This document shows, piece by piece, positions 36,968-49,128 of a stretch of 64,000 nt of DNA. The translations under genes and the position numbers were made by a program. How positions within the stretch are numbered: the stretch's first letter is position 1; the number at the start of each line of letters is the position of its first letter. The stretch is taken from the IMG/VR virus record IMGVR_UViG_3300013426_000026, positions 39,395 to 103,394 of that record. One strand, given 5' to 3'. Below the pieces are notes generated by a model. It saw nothing but the letters and a program-made list of their open reading frames with translations, was not told the origin of the DNA and searched no databases. The stretch is from a virus. Lineage: Duplodnaviria > Caudoviricetes.

Positions 36968-39900
36968 CTTCGGCCACTCCTTGATATCGTTCACTTCTTA
37001 ATAGTAAATCTCCATTTGGTTTAATTTCATCAATATGATACAATTGATGTCCAATTGTAGAAGCATATTTTTTAGGAATGAAATCATCGCCTGAACGAAT
37101 ACCTTGAACTACAATCATATTACCACGATTAAACCAAGATTTTTCCATAATTTTTTTAGTCCCATCTGGTTGTTTTTGCGATATTTGCTTATCAAATAAA
37201 CTAAAATATTCTTTTCTAAATTTTATATTAACAACTCCAGTTGGAGTTAATATTGTGACCATACTTTTATTTTTATTCTTGGCGATACAAGTTCCGCAAA
37301 TTTTAGATAAATAATAAATATTAATAGTTTTACCTGCCTTTGTAAAACTACGTTCTATTCTAGGCTCTTCCGGTAATTGATTAAAATCAACATACCCATA
37401 TTTTTTACTATTAATATTAGCTAATTCATGTTCGTGATAATAGAAACATAATACTTCCATTTCCCAAGCTGAGTAATTATTTTTAGAACAATATTTATTC
37501 CAATCATCTTTAAAAATTAAAGTATTTAATTTATTCAAAATTTCTTGCTTATTTTCAGCTATTTGCGCGCGATATACATCCATCCATTTATCATAGACTT
37601 TATTTTTCCATGCCTCAGTTGACATTAAATAATTAACTCTATCATTATAAATTAAATCATCTTTATCAATTTTTTGCAAGAAATTAATTGCGCGTTCATC
37701 TAATTTATAATCCGCTTTAGTATATTTACATACTGTTTTTAAGTACCGAGTAAATTCATAAATATGTAAAGCTTGTTCTCTTTCTTTTGTATCTGCTGGA
37801 AGTAAATTAAATTTCATTAATGTTGCAAGATTTTGAAGATTAAGATTGGATTTTTTATCACAAGTTTCCCAAATATACCAAGCCATACAAAGTTTTCTAT
37901 CCATCATATTATCAAAAGCTCCACCCTTAATAAGTGAAATCATAGCTTGCTTATTAGGTTTTACTTTCAATAAAAATTCCTTTAAATTCTTATAAGGACG
38001 ATGTTCAATAATTGATTTAACTACATCATCACCGACATTAAGTATACCTTTTAATCCAAAAAGGATTTGATTATTTTCCGTATCAGGAATAAAACTAAAG
38101 TCTGATTTATTGATATCAGCTAAACTAATTTTTATACCGGCTTGACGAATATCTCCAATGGCCTTGGCAATTTTTCCATAATCGGTAGAATTAGTTTTTC
38201 TTATTTTTGTTTTTTTATCAGGTAAGTCTTTAAAAGTAACTCCATTAATTAAATCATCATTTTCTGGTTCATAGATATCTACAATTTCTTCTTCACTATT
38301 GTCTTCCAGAGAGCCACTATTGACAATCAAGCAAGCGCAATTCCAATAAATAGGATTATAATGAATAACAAAATAAATCATTTGAATAGCAACAAATGAA
38401 TAAGGAAGTGAATGATTAAGAGAGAAGGCATAACCTAGCTGGGGAGCAATAGCTGTTTCCCAAAAATATTCTGCGTCATTTTTATTATTGAAACGACTAA
38501 ATACTTGTTCTTTTAATTGAGGAATTTTAGCCATTTGTTTTTTTGCTACTACTTTACGAGCGGAATTAGCTTCTCCTAATGTAAAATGAGCTATATCCAT
38601 AAGAATTTCCATCATTTGTTCTTGTAAAGGACAACAACCATAATATTTATCACAGTGTTTATGAAATTTATCAATAAGTTCTTGAGGTAAATGATGTTGT
38701 TTCATTTCTTGATCAAAGGCTTGAATACCTTGGTGTTGAATTCGATAAAATCTATCTTGCTGTGATTCTTTACCTTTTTCTGACGTAAGACGCATCATAG
38801 CATTAGCTGCTGTCATTTCCATAGGGTCTTGCGGTTTTAGTTTTTTGGCGATGGCTAACCCTACACCAGTAGAAAACTGGAAACAGTCTAATACATCTCC
38901 GGTGGCTAAATGATCCCAAATTTTTTGGTCTGTAGTATCTATTACTTCTGGATGAATATATTGATTATAAAAATCTCTTAAAGATAAGTCAGGAATTTCT
39001 TTAGCTTTTAATAATAATTCATAACAAGTAATAATTTTATCAGAAGCTTCAGTTACAAGAAAATCATATTTTGTATCGCCCGCACTTTCTGCCTGATGGA
39101 GGTCCCAACATGTAATCAAGCTACCACTGGGCGTGCGCATAAAACTAGCAGTTTCATATGGATCATCATCATAAAGAATGACTCCAGAAGCATGCGATGA
39201 ACGTTTATTAACAATGCCACCGATATAAATAATTATATCAAGTAATCCGGGATATTCATTTACTTTATTTAAAAAAGTCTTAACAGGTTTTCTATCTTTA
39301 GCTTCATTGCCATAAATAACATCATTAATTTCCCATAAAAATCCACGCTCTTGCGGGATAAGAGAAGACATATATTGCGCTTCATCTACGTCAATACCAT
39401 TTGGATATTCATCTGACCTATAACCGCGACAAGCAGTAAGAATAGCAGACTTAGTAGTTTCAGTGCCAAAGGTAGCAACCTGAATTAATCCTAATTCTCC
39501 ACGTTCTTTGCGAATAGCTTCAAAAATTGCAGGACGTTTTGAAGGAGCTAAGTCAATATCAATGTCCGTTTTTATTGGACTATATTTTTTACGATAATTT
39601 ACTGAGAGCATTTTAATTCAATTATCGCTAGAACATCTTTCAGATGGTGCTTATCTCCATCTTACATAATAGTCTCTACACATTTAATCTTCCGATTTTT
39701 AGCACGGTATTATCAATCTATCCATTCTCAGGACATAGACTCTCTTAGTCAGTTGATTCGTTCTTAAAATTAATTAAGACTTATTTCGCTGATACCGTTA
39801 GCCTGCATTAAGCAGACACCCATTAAGCAATGGTTAATGTTCTTTTTTTACAACTGCCCAACATCAATATTAGACTAGGCAGTTCGGCTCTCTCTTTATT

Positions 39901-41271
39901 CAGAAAGCGCCAATACGGAAGGCCCCAGTGAATAGGGTCAAGCTAAGTAATACCTAATAGATAATTAGACAAAAAGCCTGTAGCTGAGCCGCGCCCAGGA
40001 CCTACAATAGAGCCGCAATTCCAGAACAAATCAATATAATGTTTAAAAGTATTAAAATAAGCAAAAAGGCAATCATCCAGTTTTTTACCAATATCTTTAA
40101 TGATATCAGCTTCAATTTCAAGACGATTTAAATATATATCAAGCTTGTTTTCAGAAATACTTTTATTATACATCTTTTCTAATAAAGACATATAACATTC
40201 ATTAACCCAATAACGCTCTTGAGGGTTATTACTCATTAATAAACTACATAAAATTGGATATTTTTCTTCACGCTCACCATACCATCCACTTAATGATTGA
40301 GGATAATTAGTTACTTCTACTTTTGGAATAATTTGCTTTCTTTCGAGAGAAAAATCTTGTATTTTATTTTGAATTTCAAAAGTATTATTTAAAATTTCTT
40401 TAGCTATTTCTTCTGGTTGTTCTTCTATATCTAAATATATAAAACAAGGAGTAATTAATTCAAAAACTTCATCATAAGTCATTAAATGAGCAAATTCATA
40501 AAATTTATCAACTTCTCGTTCTCCATCTTTTGAATTTAGGTAAGCCTTATGAATTGGCCTATCTTCTTTAGTTAAATAATGACTGTCTGTCGCTACTTCC
40601 ACTTTAATATTATAATTACGACCAATTTTATAAATCATATGATTTACAAGCTTTTGATCGGACATAGTAGAAGGGGCAATCTCAAGATAAAAATCATCGG
40701 CAAATAAATCTTTACAAAAATTAAGGAAATTATCTAATTGTTTTAATGTTTGATATAATTCATATTTATTATCTTCTTCTTGGCATTTAATAATTTTTAG
40801 TAGACAAGAACCTAACTCACCACCAATACAAGCCGTAGTAGCAATTAAATGTCCTTTGTATCTTTCTGCTATTGGTTTTAATTCATTTTTTAAAAGTGGA
40901 ACTCGTTCCATTTTTCTATCAACATATAAATTTTGCCAAGCTATTGAGCTTAATTCTTTTAATGCTCGATAACCTATAGCATCTTTAGCAATTAAAATAA
41001 AATGATAATATTTTTGCCCTGTGCTTCTATCATCAGTTAAATAAACTTCATTGCCTAAAGCTATTTTAAAATTGGGATATTTTTCTTTAATTTTTTTTGC
41101 ATATTGATTTGCTATCATATGAGCTGAAAGACTTTCGTGGTCTGTAATAGCAATACCAGAAAGCCCTAACTCTATTGCTTTATCTATTAAAGCTTCTGGT
41201 TTATTTATACAATCAAGTAATCGGAGGTTCGAATACATAGTATGATTGTGACAATTAAAATAGGTATTCAA
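36957..41271 (-). CDS. dnaE: DNA polymerase III alpha subunit (DnaE-type), 2 exons
   Basis: Exons 41271-39877 and 39566-36957. PHP domain (HNHTMYS, AITDH), GPGRGSA, RAELP|DIDID catalytic motif, SSHASGV, YAFSLNHS; one TAG (GITQLDP). Confidence 0.95.
39567..39876 (-). mobile_element. ORF-less group I intron in dnaE (310 nt)
   Basis: Lies between P and DIDID; P1 CUGCCU/GGGCAG; GAGACTA and AATATAGTC; terminal G. Confidence 0.88.
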
Positions 41272-41297
41272 AATTTTCCTCCTTTAATTTATTTCTA

Positions 41298-41331
41298 TAA
41301 ATATTATACTATAATTTTTCATTAAAGGCAA
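41298..41331 (-). promoter_or_regulatory. sigmaA-type promoter for dnaE
   Basis: TTGCCT-17-TATAAT followed by ATTTA. Confidence 0.6.
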
Positions 41332-41333
41332 TC

Positions 41334-41525
41334 TTAAAAATCATCTATTTCATTAGCTATTCTATTTATAATACTGGCGAGTTCGATTAAATTTTGTTTA
41401 TAAGTAGACAAATTATTCTTTAACTTTTGATTTTCAGAACATAACCAAGTGATTTGATTTTGATTATGTTGTTGCTGTTTATCTAATTCTTGTCCTAATT
41501 GATTAAGTAAATTTTGTATTTCCAT
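41334..41525 (-). CDS. small coiled-coil hypothetical protein
   Basis: MEIQNLLNQLGQELDKQQ...; ATG overlaps the upstream TAA. Confidence 0.6.
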   Translation of the reverse strand: MEIQNLLNQLGQELDKQQQHNQNQITWLCSENQKLKNNLSTYKQNLIELASIINRIANEIDDF

Positions 41526-41821
41526 TAGCCACATTCACATTCTTCATGCGTAATTTTCATAAAATCATCCTTACAAAGAATATTTAAAGTATCTATAATT
41601 TCATCTTTGTTATTAACTACATCAATTTCATTAGGCAAATAAACCATTGGAAACCATGTTTGAAATTCTTCATTAAAATGTCCCTCTAAAATAGAAGAAA
41701 TAGCATATTGCTAATATAAATATAAAAATTTCTCATAATTTTTATTTCTAATTGTTTCAGAAATTTCTTTTCTTTCTTGTTCAGGTATCATATGATGATA
41801 CCAATAATAAATATAATTCAT
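41525..41821 (-). CDS. hypothetical protein (98 aa, TAG=Gln)
   Basis: MNYIYYWYHHMIPEQERK...; one TAG; fills the gap between neighbouring genes. Confidence 0.55.
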
Positions 41822-41826
41822 ATATT

Positions 41827-43020
41827 TCACTTCCTTATTATAACCAATTTTTTTGTAGCGCGAGTGATACCAGTATATAGCCATCTACGATGCTCATTAC
41901 TTTCAAAAGGAAATTTTTCTTCCTTTAATAAAACTTTATCCCATTCACTACCCTAGGCCTTATGTACCGTAATTGCATAAGCATATGTAAAATTATATGG
42001 CGCTTCTAAACCTTCACCTTCTCTAGCAAAGTTATTTATTGTAAATAATTGTTTTTTATCAAAAGCCTGCTCACCAGTTATGATAGCATCGTAATCTATT
42101 GGAATACTTTCAAAACGTCCATTCTCTATTTCCATACCTGTGAACATAAATTTAACTTCTTTATCATATATTTGAGGAGGGTATAAATAAGGCATTATTT
42201 GATAATTTGTAATTATTCCAATGGTACCATTGGTTAAAGCCCATTGTTGATTAGTAGATAAAAAATCCCAATGATTGGTTAATCCTATAATTTTATCTCC
42301 AACTTCTGGTTCAATTCCTCGACCTTGGCGCGATCGAACATTATTATTAATTTGTATTCTTGTTTTATTAGTTGCGCATAATATTTGGTCCGCCCAATCG
42401 TACATAGATGGTTCTAATTCATAATTTCTAAAAATCATAACATGTTCATTAGCACAAGGGAAAGTACCAATTGGTTTACCTTCCCTAATCCACATAGATA
42501 AGCGAATTATTTCACTATCTTGTGCTTGACGCATAATCTCATCAAGAAAAATATGAGGATTATCTAATATATGATTATTTTGATCTTCATAAATTGGTGG
42601 AAGCTAAAATGGGTCACCACAGGCTATTACATATTTATGATGTGAAAGAAGTAAATCCCACATTTTTTTAGGCAGCATAGAAATTTCATCAACAACAATT
42701 ACTTTATATTCTATAGGTCGTCTTGGTTTTAAATAAAATGTTCCATTTGGACGAGGTTTGGCTTCATATAATAATTTATGAGCCGTAGTAGCATTAGGAC
42801 ATCCTTTTGATTGTAAAACTGTAGCTGCTTTGCCAGTGTAAGCTACATATGCCACATCTGTTTTTGGATTAACTCCAAGAGCACTAATAATAAATTTTAC
42901 TAATGTTGATTTACCTGTTCCAACTTAAGCATAGCCAGCAATACAAGTATAAGGTTCATGGCTCTTGTATCTGGCTACGGCAATTTTCAATCCAGCATTC
43001 TATTTATCAGTTAATGTCAA
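41827..43020 (-). CDS. RecD/Dda-like SF1B helicase with a 6-nt TAA-containing insertion in Walker A
   Basis: TTG start with GGAGG. IAGYA[*V]GTGKST, AYTGKAA, VVDEISM, GDPFQLPP and HKAQGSEW (both Q=TAG), WLYTGITRA; TAA at 42925-42927. Confidence 0.85.
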
Positions 43021-43040
43021 GATTTACTTCCTCCTTTCTT

Positions 43041-43334
43041 TTATATAAAATAATCATCATTAAAATTTGCATTAAAAATTTCTAAATCGTCTTTTAATTT
43101 TGGGTTTTCGATTTCTGTGCTTGTGCTCGGCTCGACCAAACCCAATTTTTGATTACCCTTGCCCCCTCTAATTTCCACCATAGGAGGATTTTCTTCTTTA
43201 GAATATTCATATATTTTATTACAAAGTTCAACAAAAGCATTACTAGCTTGATCAGCAGTATAACCAAATTGAGCAAATTTTGTAATCATATCTGTTAAAG
43301 CAGTATATTCATTTTTATTTAACGAAGTATTCAT
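43041..43334 (-). CDS. hypothetical protein (97 aa)
   Basis: Intact ORF overlapping the upstream gene end. Confidence 0.55.
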   Translation of the reverse strand: MNTSLNKNEYTALTDMITKFAQFGYTADQASNAFVELCNKIYEYSKEENPPMVEIRGGKGNQKLGLVEPSTSTEIENPKLKDDLEIFNANFNDDYFI

Positions 43335-44034
43335 AAGCTATTGTGGCATATTCCTGTCTAATGTAACGATGTAAAATCAAGCACCTTTCATAACATGTAG
43401 CAAATGCCATTGCTACATCTTTTTCATTGTCTAATTTTAAAAATTGTTCAAAATTAAAATTATATGAATAACAAAATCCATATGTATCAAATTGAAGTTG
43501 AATATCATTTTTTAAATAATCTAATTGTCCCTTAAGGTCTTTATTCCAAACATCTTGAGAATACATTTGTGCCCATTGACAAATTCCATAAAAACCATTA
43601 CCTGAAATAGTTGTCTGCAAATTCAAGGTTCCGCCACCTACTTCGGCCATCATATTACCAAGAATGCCAGCGCATACATAATCATTCCAGCCAAGATTTT
43701 TCATATATTCCCAAATAAGAGTAGCATCTTTATATTCTAAAGTGTTCAATTCTTCTTCTACCTTATCTAGTTGCTGTTGGTAAAAATTAACAATTTCATT
43801 ATAGAAAGTCCATTGACCTTGGGCATTAGAAATTGTAGAACTAGTTTCTTCATAACCTTTACTTCTAGCCTCTTCAGCTAAATCATGTGTTAAATCTCTT
43901 TTGGAACTATATTCATTAATCAATTCAATTAATTCCCAATAATTATTAGTATTTTTTAATTTTATATTTTCAGCATTGGCGGTAATAGAACAAATAAAAA
44001 TAATAATAACTAATAAAATAATTTTATTTTTCAT
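43315..44034 (-). CDS. secreted/anchored lysozyme-like protein (phage tail lysozyme family)
   Basis: N-terminal signal peptide, coiled coil, AGILGNMMAE...GICQW...QLDYL...FATCYER. Confidence 0.75.
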   Translation of the reverse strand: MKNKIILLVIIIFICSITANAENIKLKNTNNYWELIELINEYSSKRDLTHDLAEEARSKGYEETSSTISNAQGQWTFYNEIVNFYQQQLDKVEEELNTLEYKDATLIWEYMKNLGWNDYVCAGILGNMMAEVGGGTLNLQTTISGNGFYGICQWAQMYSQDVWNKDLKGQLDYLKNDIQLQFDTYGFCYSYNFNFEQFLKLDNEKDVAMAFATCYERCLILHRYIRQEYATIAYEYFVK

Positions 44035-44052
44035 ATAATTTCTCTCTATCTA

Positions 44053-45795
44053 TTAAAAATAATAAGGCATTGTATTAATTATTTCATAGTCGGTAATAAA
44101 AATTTCAGGATTTGTTTTACCTAAAAATTCATTAATTTTACAAGTGCCAATAATATTTACTACTATACATCCCTATTCAGTATATAAACTTTCATATTCT
44201 TCTGGAGATACATTAAATTTAATTAAATCTAAATCATTCGGCAATTTAATCTTTAATGTCCCACTTGTTTCTTTTGGATAATAAATAATGTTATCTTTAT
44301 TTAATTTTAAATTCTCAATAACAACATAAGGTTCTTTAAAATTTTGGCCCCATAAATATTCATACTTCGGAATAGTTAAAATAGTATTAATATCAATATT
44401 ATTACTTTGATACACAAAATCAACCAAATAAAGCGGTTGACCATCATAATCTTTTAATTTTTCATTAGTATCTTTTATGAATTGAGATACATTGGCTTCT
44501 GGGATACGCGCTCCAAAAGCAGATATGTGTCCTTCTACAAATGTAAAATATCCAGTAGAATTAAGATATGCTTTAAAATCTTTTATAGGTGCAAAAAATT
44601 CGTAACCTCGGCCTGATCCTTCCCAATATTTAATTCCATCTTCAATAACTTCATTAAGTATTAAAGTCGGCCGTTGATATTTATTAGCAAATTCATTTGC
44701 TATTAAGCCAGTTAAATTTTTATTTACTTCATATTTCTTATCCAAAAGAACAACTAAAATTTTATCATTTAATAAGTTGCGTTCGGCAATTAATTGATTT
44801 ATAATTTCTACATTAGTATCTCTAATTTTAGTTTGTCTGGATTTAACATTTGCGCTCATACGGCAAGCCTATTCAACTATTGTTTCAAGTTGCCCACTGC
44901 ATCCACGTTTTGTTGAAGGAATTAAATCAAATGCTAAATGGTTTATCATACTTTGTAATAATACTTTACGTTCTTCAGGCTCACCTACTCGCGCGACTGC
45001 ATTAATGAGTGGCGCAATATAAAAGGCAACACCCATAGGAGTAAGATTATCATTTAATTTAAATTTATTACGCTCCATCATACCACAAATATAAGGATTT
45101 TGAGGATAAGCTAAACCAATATTAATCAAATATCGAGTTTCATATTCTCGTGTATCCATCATATCGCCAATTAACCCAAGGGCAACCAAATCTAAATATT
45201 TATTTGAATAATTAGTTCCTAAAATTTTATCAATCTAATTACAAAATTTATAAACTATAGCAACTCCGGATAATGCTTTATTTGGATAGTTATCTAATTG
45301 ATTATTAATTACACATGCGTAAGGGGATACTTGAGTGGCGTCATGATGGTCAAGAATTAAAATATCAATATTTTTATCATAAAGCGTCTTATGCTCATTA
45401 TACTGATTACTTCCTGCATCTGGAACAATAACTAATTTAACATCATCCGGAATAGTATTTAATTCAATACCGTGTGCTTTTTGAGTATGCGTTCGATAAT
45501 AAAGATTACTCTACACATAATAGGGAAATAAATCATAAAGATAATTTATTAATAACGCTGAAGAAGTATAACCATCACAGTCTTCATCAACCTAAATAAA
45601 AATTTTATCATTATTTTTTATATGGCGCGCGAGCATTTTTATTCCATCATTAATATTATTTAATTTATCATTAGGATTTACATCCTAAAAAGTTGTATTT
45701 AAAAAATGGAAAATATCCTTAGATTTAATTCCGCGGTTTTCCATTATTGTTTCTATTGGAGTAGATTTTGTTGGATTTATTAATTTATACTACAT
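44053..45795 (-). CDS. recJ: RecJ-like DHH ssDNA exonuclease (580 aa, TAG=Gln)
   Basis: VDEDCDGYTS, ILDHH, LSGVAIVYKF, GLIGDMM, APLINAVAR, GSGRG, EGHISAFG; codon 2 is TAG. Confidence 0.88.
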
Positions 45796-45804
45796 ATTAC
45801 TCCT

Positions 45805-46914
45805 TTATATAATTATTCTATTTTTATATAATTTTAAAAATATATCTGGGCCTTGATCTAATGGACTAGCTTTATAAGGAGTTATCATATCTTTATCAAA
45901 AATAAAAGATATATTGAATGAATTACCATACCTAGCTTTTATTTTTAATAAATTATTTTTTAAATGATAAAATTCATCATCACCAATTTTTTGAAATTGT
46001 CTATCAAAAGCAATAATAATATCTTCAGCACCAACTTGTCGTAATAATTCCATTTGTTGCAAAGAGATATTACTGCCACAGCAAGCAACAGTAATATCTT
46101 TATCAAAGCCAAAATAGCTTTGAAATTGTAAGCAACTCTTTTCCGCCTCTACTACAATAACTTTCTTCATTGTTTGAATATTAAATTTACTATTATTTAA
46201 ATTATATAAATTCATACCAAGAGGGTGAGTATAAAGAATTTTATTAATGCGTAATGGTCTATACTTACCATATAATTCTGCTTCTTCTTTTCCCATTACT
46301 CGTCCGCGCAAACCAATAAAATTACCATTCATATCGAAATGAGGAATGGTAATAGCATCTCCGCCTAAATAATATCCAATACAAGCTTGATCTAAAGCTT
46401 CTTGCTTTATTCCATCATTTAGCCAAGGAGTTAATTTTAAAGAATAATTAAAATTCTTTAAAATTTTATCATCATAAATTTTTAATTGAAGCGTGTTAGA
46501 AGATTTATTTTCTTCATTACCTTTATCATAATTGGCAAAAATCTTCCAATCATCGAGTCCTGATAAATCATCTTGTTCTTCTAAAGTGCCAATAATACCA
46601 AAATAATTGGCTATCCATCTTACTGCATCATTTAAATCATAAACTTTATTAGCTTGTAATTCCGCGACTTTAATTAATAATTCAAATATATCAAAAGACG
46701 GGTTCGCGCATCCAGTATAGCAATGAAATAATTGACTATTACTATAATAATACAACTTGCGTGATGCTTCTTCTGTTGGTGGATTATGACAAATTGTTCT
46801 ACTTATAATACCAAAAGAAGTATATTCTGGTTCACCATTCCACAAATCTAAAAGTTCAAATATATTTTCTATAGTTAAATTCTCTCGTATTGTTTGTTTA
46901 TCATAATTAATCAT
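45805..46914 (-). CDS. DNA primase (TOPRIM)
   Basis: TICHN...FHCYTGC zinc-binding region, IPHFD...GLRGR, VEAEKS, IAFD. Confidence 0.85.
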   Translation of the reverse strand: MINYDKQTIRENLTIENIFELLDLWNGEPEYTSFGIISRTICHNPPTEEASRKLYYYSNSQLFHCYTGCANPSFDIFELLIKVAELQANKVYDLNDAVRWIANYFGIIGTLEEQDDLSGLDDWKIFANYDKGNEENKSSNTLQLKIYDDKILKNFNYSLKLTPWLNDGIKQEALDQACIGYYLGGDAITIPHFDMNGNFIGLRGRVMGKEEAELYGKYRPLRINKILYTHPLGMNLYNLNNSKFNIQTMKKVIVVEAEKSCLQFQSYFGFDKDITVACCGSNISLQQMELLRQVGAEDIIIAFDRQFQKIGDDEFYHLKNNLLKIKARYGNSFNISFIFDKDMITPYKASPLDQGPDIFLKLYKNRIII

Positions 46915-47089
46915 TTTGAGGCATAATTAATGTATTCCATAAATCTGTATTTATTTCACTTGGTTCAAAAGCAAGAGTTATAGGATTATTATTTAAACTT
47001 GAAATATATTCGTCTGCTTTAATATCAAGTTTATATCCATATATATATTTGCCCGTAATAGGGTCTTTAAAAATAGTTAAATTCTTCAT
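46907..47089 (-). CDS. hypothetical protein (60 aa)
   Basis: MKNLTIFKDPITGKY...; coupled to its neighbours. Confidence 0.5.
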   Translation of the reverse strand: MKNLTIFKDPITGKYIYGYKLDIKADEYISSLNNNPITLAFEPSEINTDLWNTLIMPQND

Positions 47090-47271
47090 TAGAATGTAAT
47101 TACGTTTACACAAGTGCCACGAATACCAAATTCTTCATTAACTACTTTAATAAGATACTCCAGCGGATGCTTCTTAGCGAAGTCTCCCTTAGCCGTTTTT
47201 AAATACATAGAAGCCATTTCCTTTGGCATTTTATATTCAATAGTTCCATTCATAATTTTCTTTTCAAACAT
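47089..47271 (-). CDS. hypothetical protein (60 aa)
   Basis: Intact ORF with AGGAG RBS. Confidence 0.6.
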   Translation of the reverse strand: MFEKKIMNGTIEYKMPKEMASMYLKTAKGDFAKKHPLEYLIKVVNEEFGIRGTCVNVITF

Positions 47272-47284
47272 AATTCAATCTCCT

Positions 47285-49126
47285 TTAAAAAGCGCTATCT
47301 TCAGCAATTCTAATTTTTACATTTTCCATATCAATTAATTCATAACTCCAATTAGTGCAAAACATTGGAATTATACGACAACACCCCAAATCGGCTTTAC
47401 ACCATAAATAAATACCTTTATATTTACCTCGGCGGTTTTTATATACTGATAATTTAATTGTAGGTTTATCAAAAGTATTACTTTCTAATACCTTTTGCAA
47501 AGCTTCATAATCATTGTCTCTGGCTTGAAGCAAAATCATACCTACATCAACTTTCCTTTATACCTTATATTTCTATAAGGAGTAGACTATATCTTTACCA
47601 TGCTCTATGTGAGTTTAGGTAGACCGTACTTCGCTTTCGCTACTCCGCGCAACCGGATAGTCGTTGAACCTTCCTCTATTTGAGGCTCGGCTGCGAGGTT
47701 GCCCAATCTACTTAATTTTTATAACATTCACATTTAAGCTTATTTCATCTTTATGCTGTAGTTTAAGTAGCTCTAAGGGTTTTCCCGCAATTCTCGGTCT
47801 GATAATCACTTGGAATTTCTTCCAAGGACGACATAATCTTATGATAAAAATACATAAGACCAAATCTGCTATACTCTTCGCACCTCTCAAAAGATTTTGA
47901 TCTGGTGTTTCGCTATACTAATAGTCCGCATTTAATTGCGTTGCTGACATAATAAATATGCCATATTGATTACATATATCTTTTAAACGAGTAGAAAGCA
48001 TAAAAAGAATATTATCTTCTCTTAGTTTTACACCGCCACTACGTTTACTAATTTCTTCTAGAATTTTCATGCTTGTATGTATATAATCATGAACCACATA
48101 CTTTATACCATGATCACGAATATTTTTTTTAATAATATTTTCAACGTCTTGAAGAGAAAAATCAGGTAGCTCAACTATATATAAATTAGCTTTTCTTAAA
48201 ATTTGACCGGCTTCTCTAACTCGGGTTAATTCATCATTTTGATATTGTCCATTTAATATATGGTCTTCATTTACATTTGAAAGAAAAGCTAGCATCATAG
48301 TCTGAATTTCATCTTTAGTTTGCTCTGTAGAAATAAAAAGAACCGGTTCACAGCCTCCACCGGATTTAATCCAACCAATACCATCTTGATAATACTTTTC
48401 ACAAGACAAATAACAAGCATCAGCTATCATTGTTCTCGACTTGCCTACTCCAGAAGCGGCCGAACGTAAATAAAATTTTCTTAATCTAGCACCACGTGTA
48501 ACTGTATTAATCAATGGCCCAAACAAGGGTGCGCCAATTTCTGGATGTTCCAAAAGGTCATCAATCAAGTCATCAATATCATTACCAGCTTGATAAGCAT
48601 CGCCTTCAACATTAGAAATATATTGATATTTAATTTCTTCAATTTTATCATCAATTCTTTGTGCAATACGCTCAAGGGAGGCATTATCTAACCATTCTTC
48701 TTGTAATTGGTGCTTTTTAGTGTCTAAAATATTATCAGGATCGAAAATATCTTCTACATTGATACCAAATTTATCATACGCGCGCAATAAAGACATCTTC
48801 TTCAAACGACTATAATAATAATCAAAGGTAGATAAATTACTATGAGCACTTGCTTCTGTAATCCATTTATCACCTTTCTGAGAGACATAAATAGCTTGAT
48901 ACTTTGGTCTGGTACTTAAAAAATCATTTATTGCATCAAGAGTAATACTTTCCGCGCCGAGTTCATGTAATTTATATATCGAACCATAAACAACTTTATG
49001 AAATTCATTATCAAAATCGTCTTCGGTAATAGTATATTTATCAGTATAATCTAAAAGCTTTGGATTATTGAAAACACATCCAATAGTCTAAATAATAGCG
49101 GTGGGGTCTACATAGCGAGATGCCAT
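47285..49126 (-). CDS. dnaB: replicative DnaB-like helicase, 2 exons
   Basis: Exons 49126-47864 and 47554-47285. SAASGVGKSR, ISTEQ, HDYIH, SATQLN, LRGAKSIAD|KVDVGMIL, YKNRRG. Confidence 0.9.
47555..47863 (-). mobile_element. ORF-less group I intron in dnaB (309 nt)
   Basis: Exon ends GAU and the intron ends in G; CAACGACTA and AAGATATAGTC; removal restores SIADKVD. Confidence 0.88.
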
Positions 49127-49128
49127 TA

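Noticed and set aside
29771-42927. General TAA reassignment
   Set aside because: TAA is the main stop in the window; two of the three internal cases are 6-nt insertions rather than substitutions.
42922-42927. 6-nt inserts as micro-introns removed by group I chemistry
   Set aside because: No 6-nt window follows a U and ends in G at either site, and there is no core structure.
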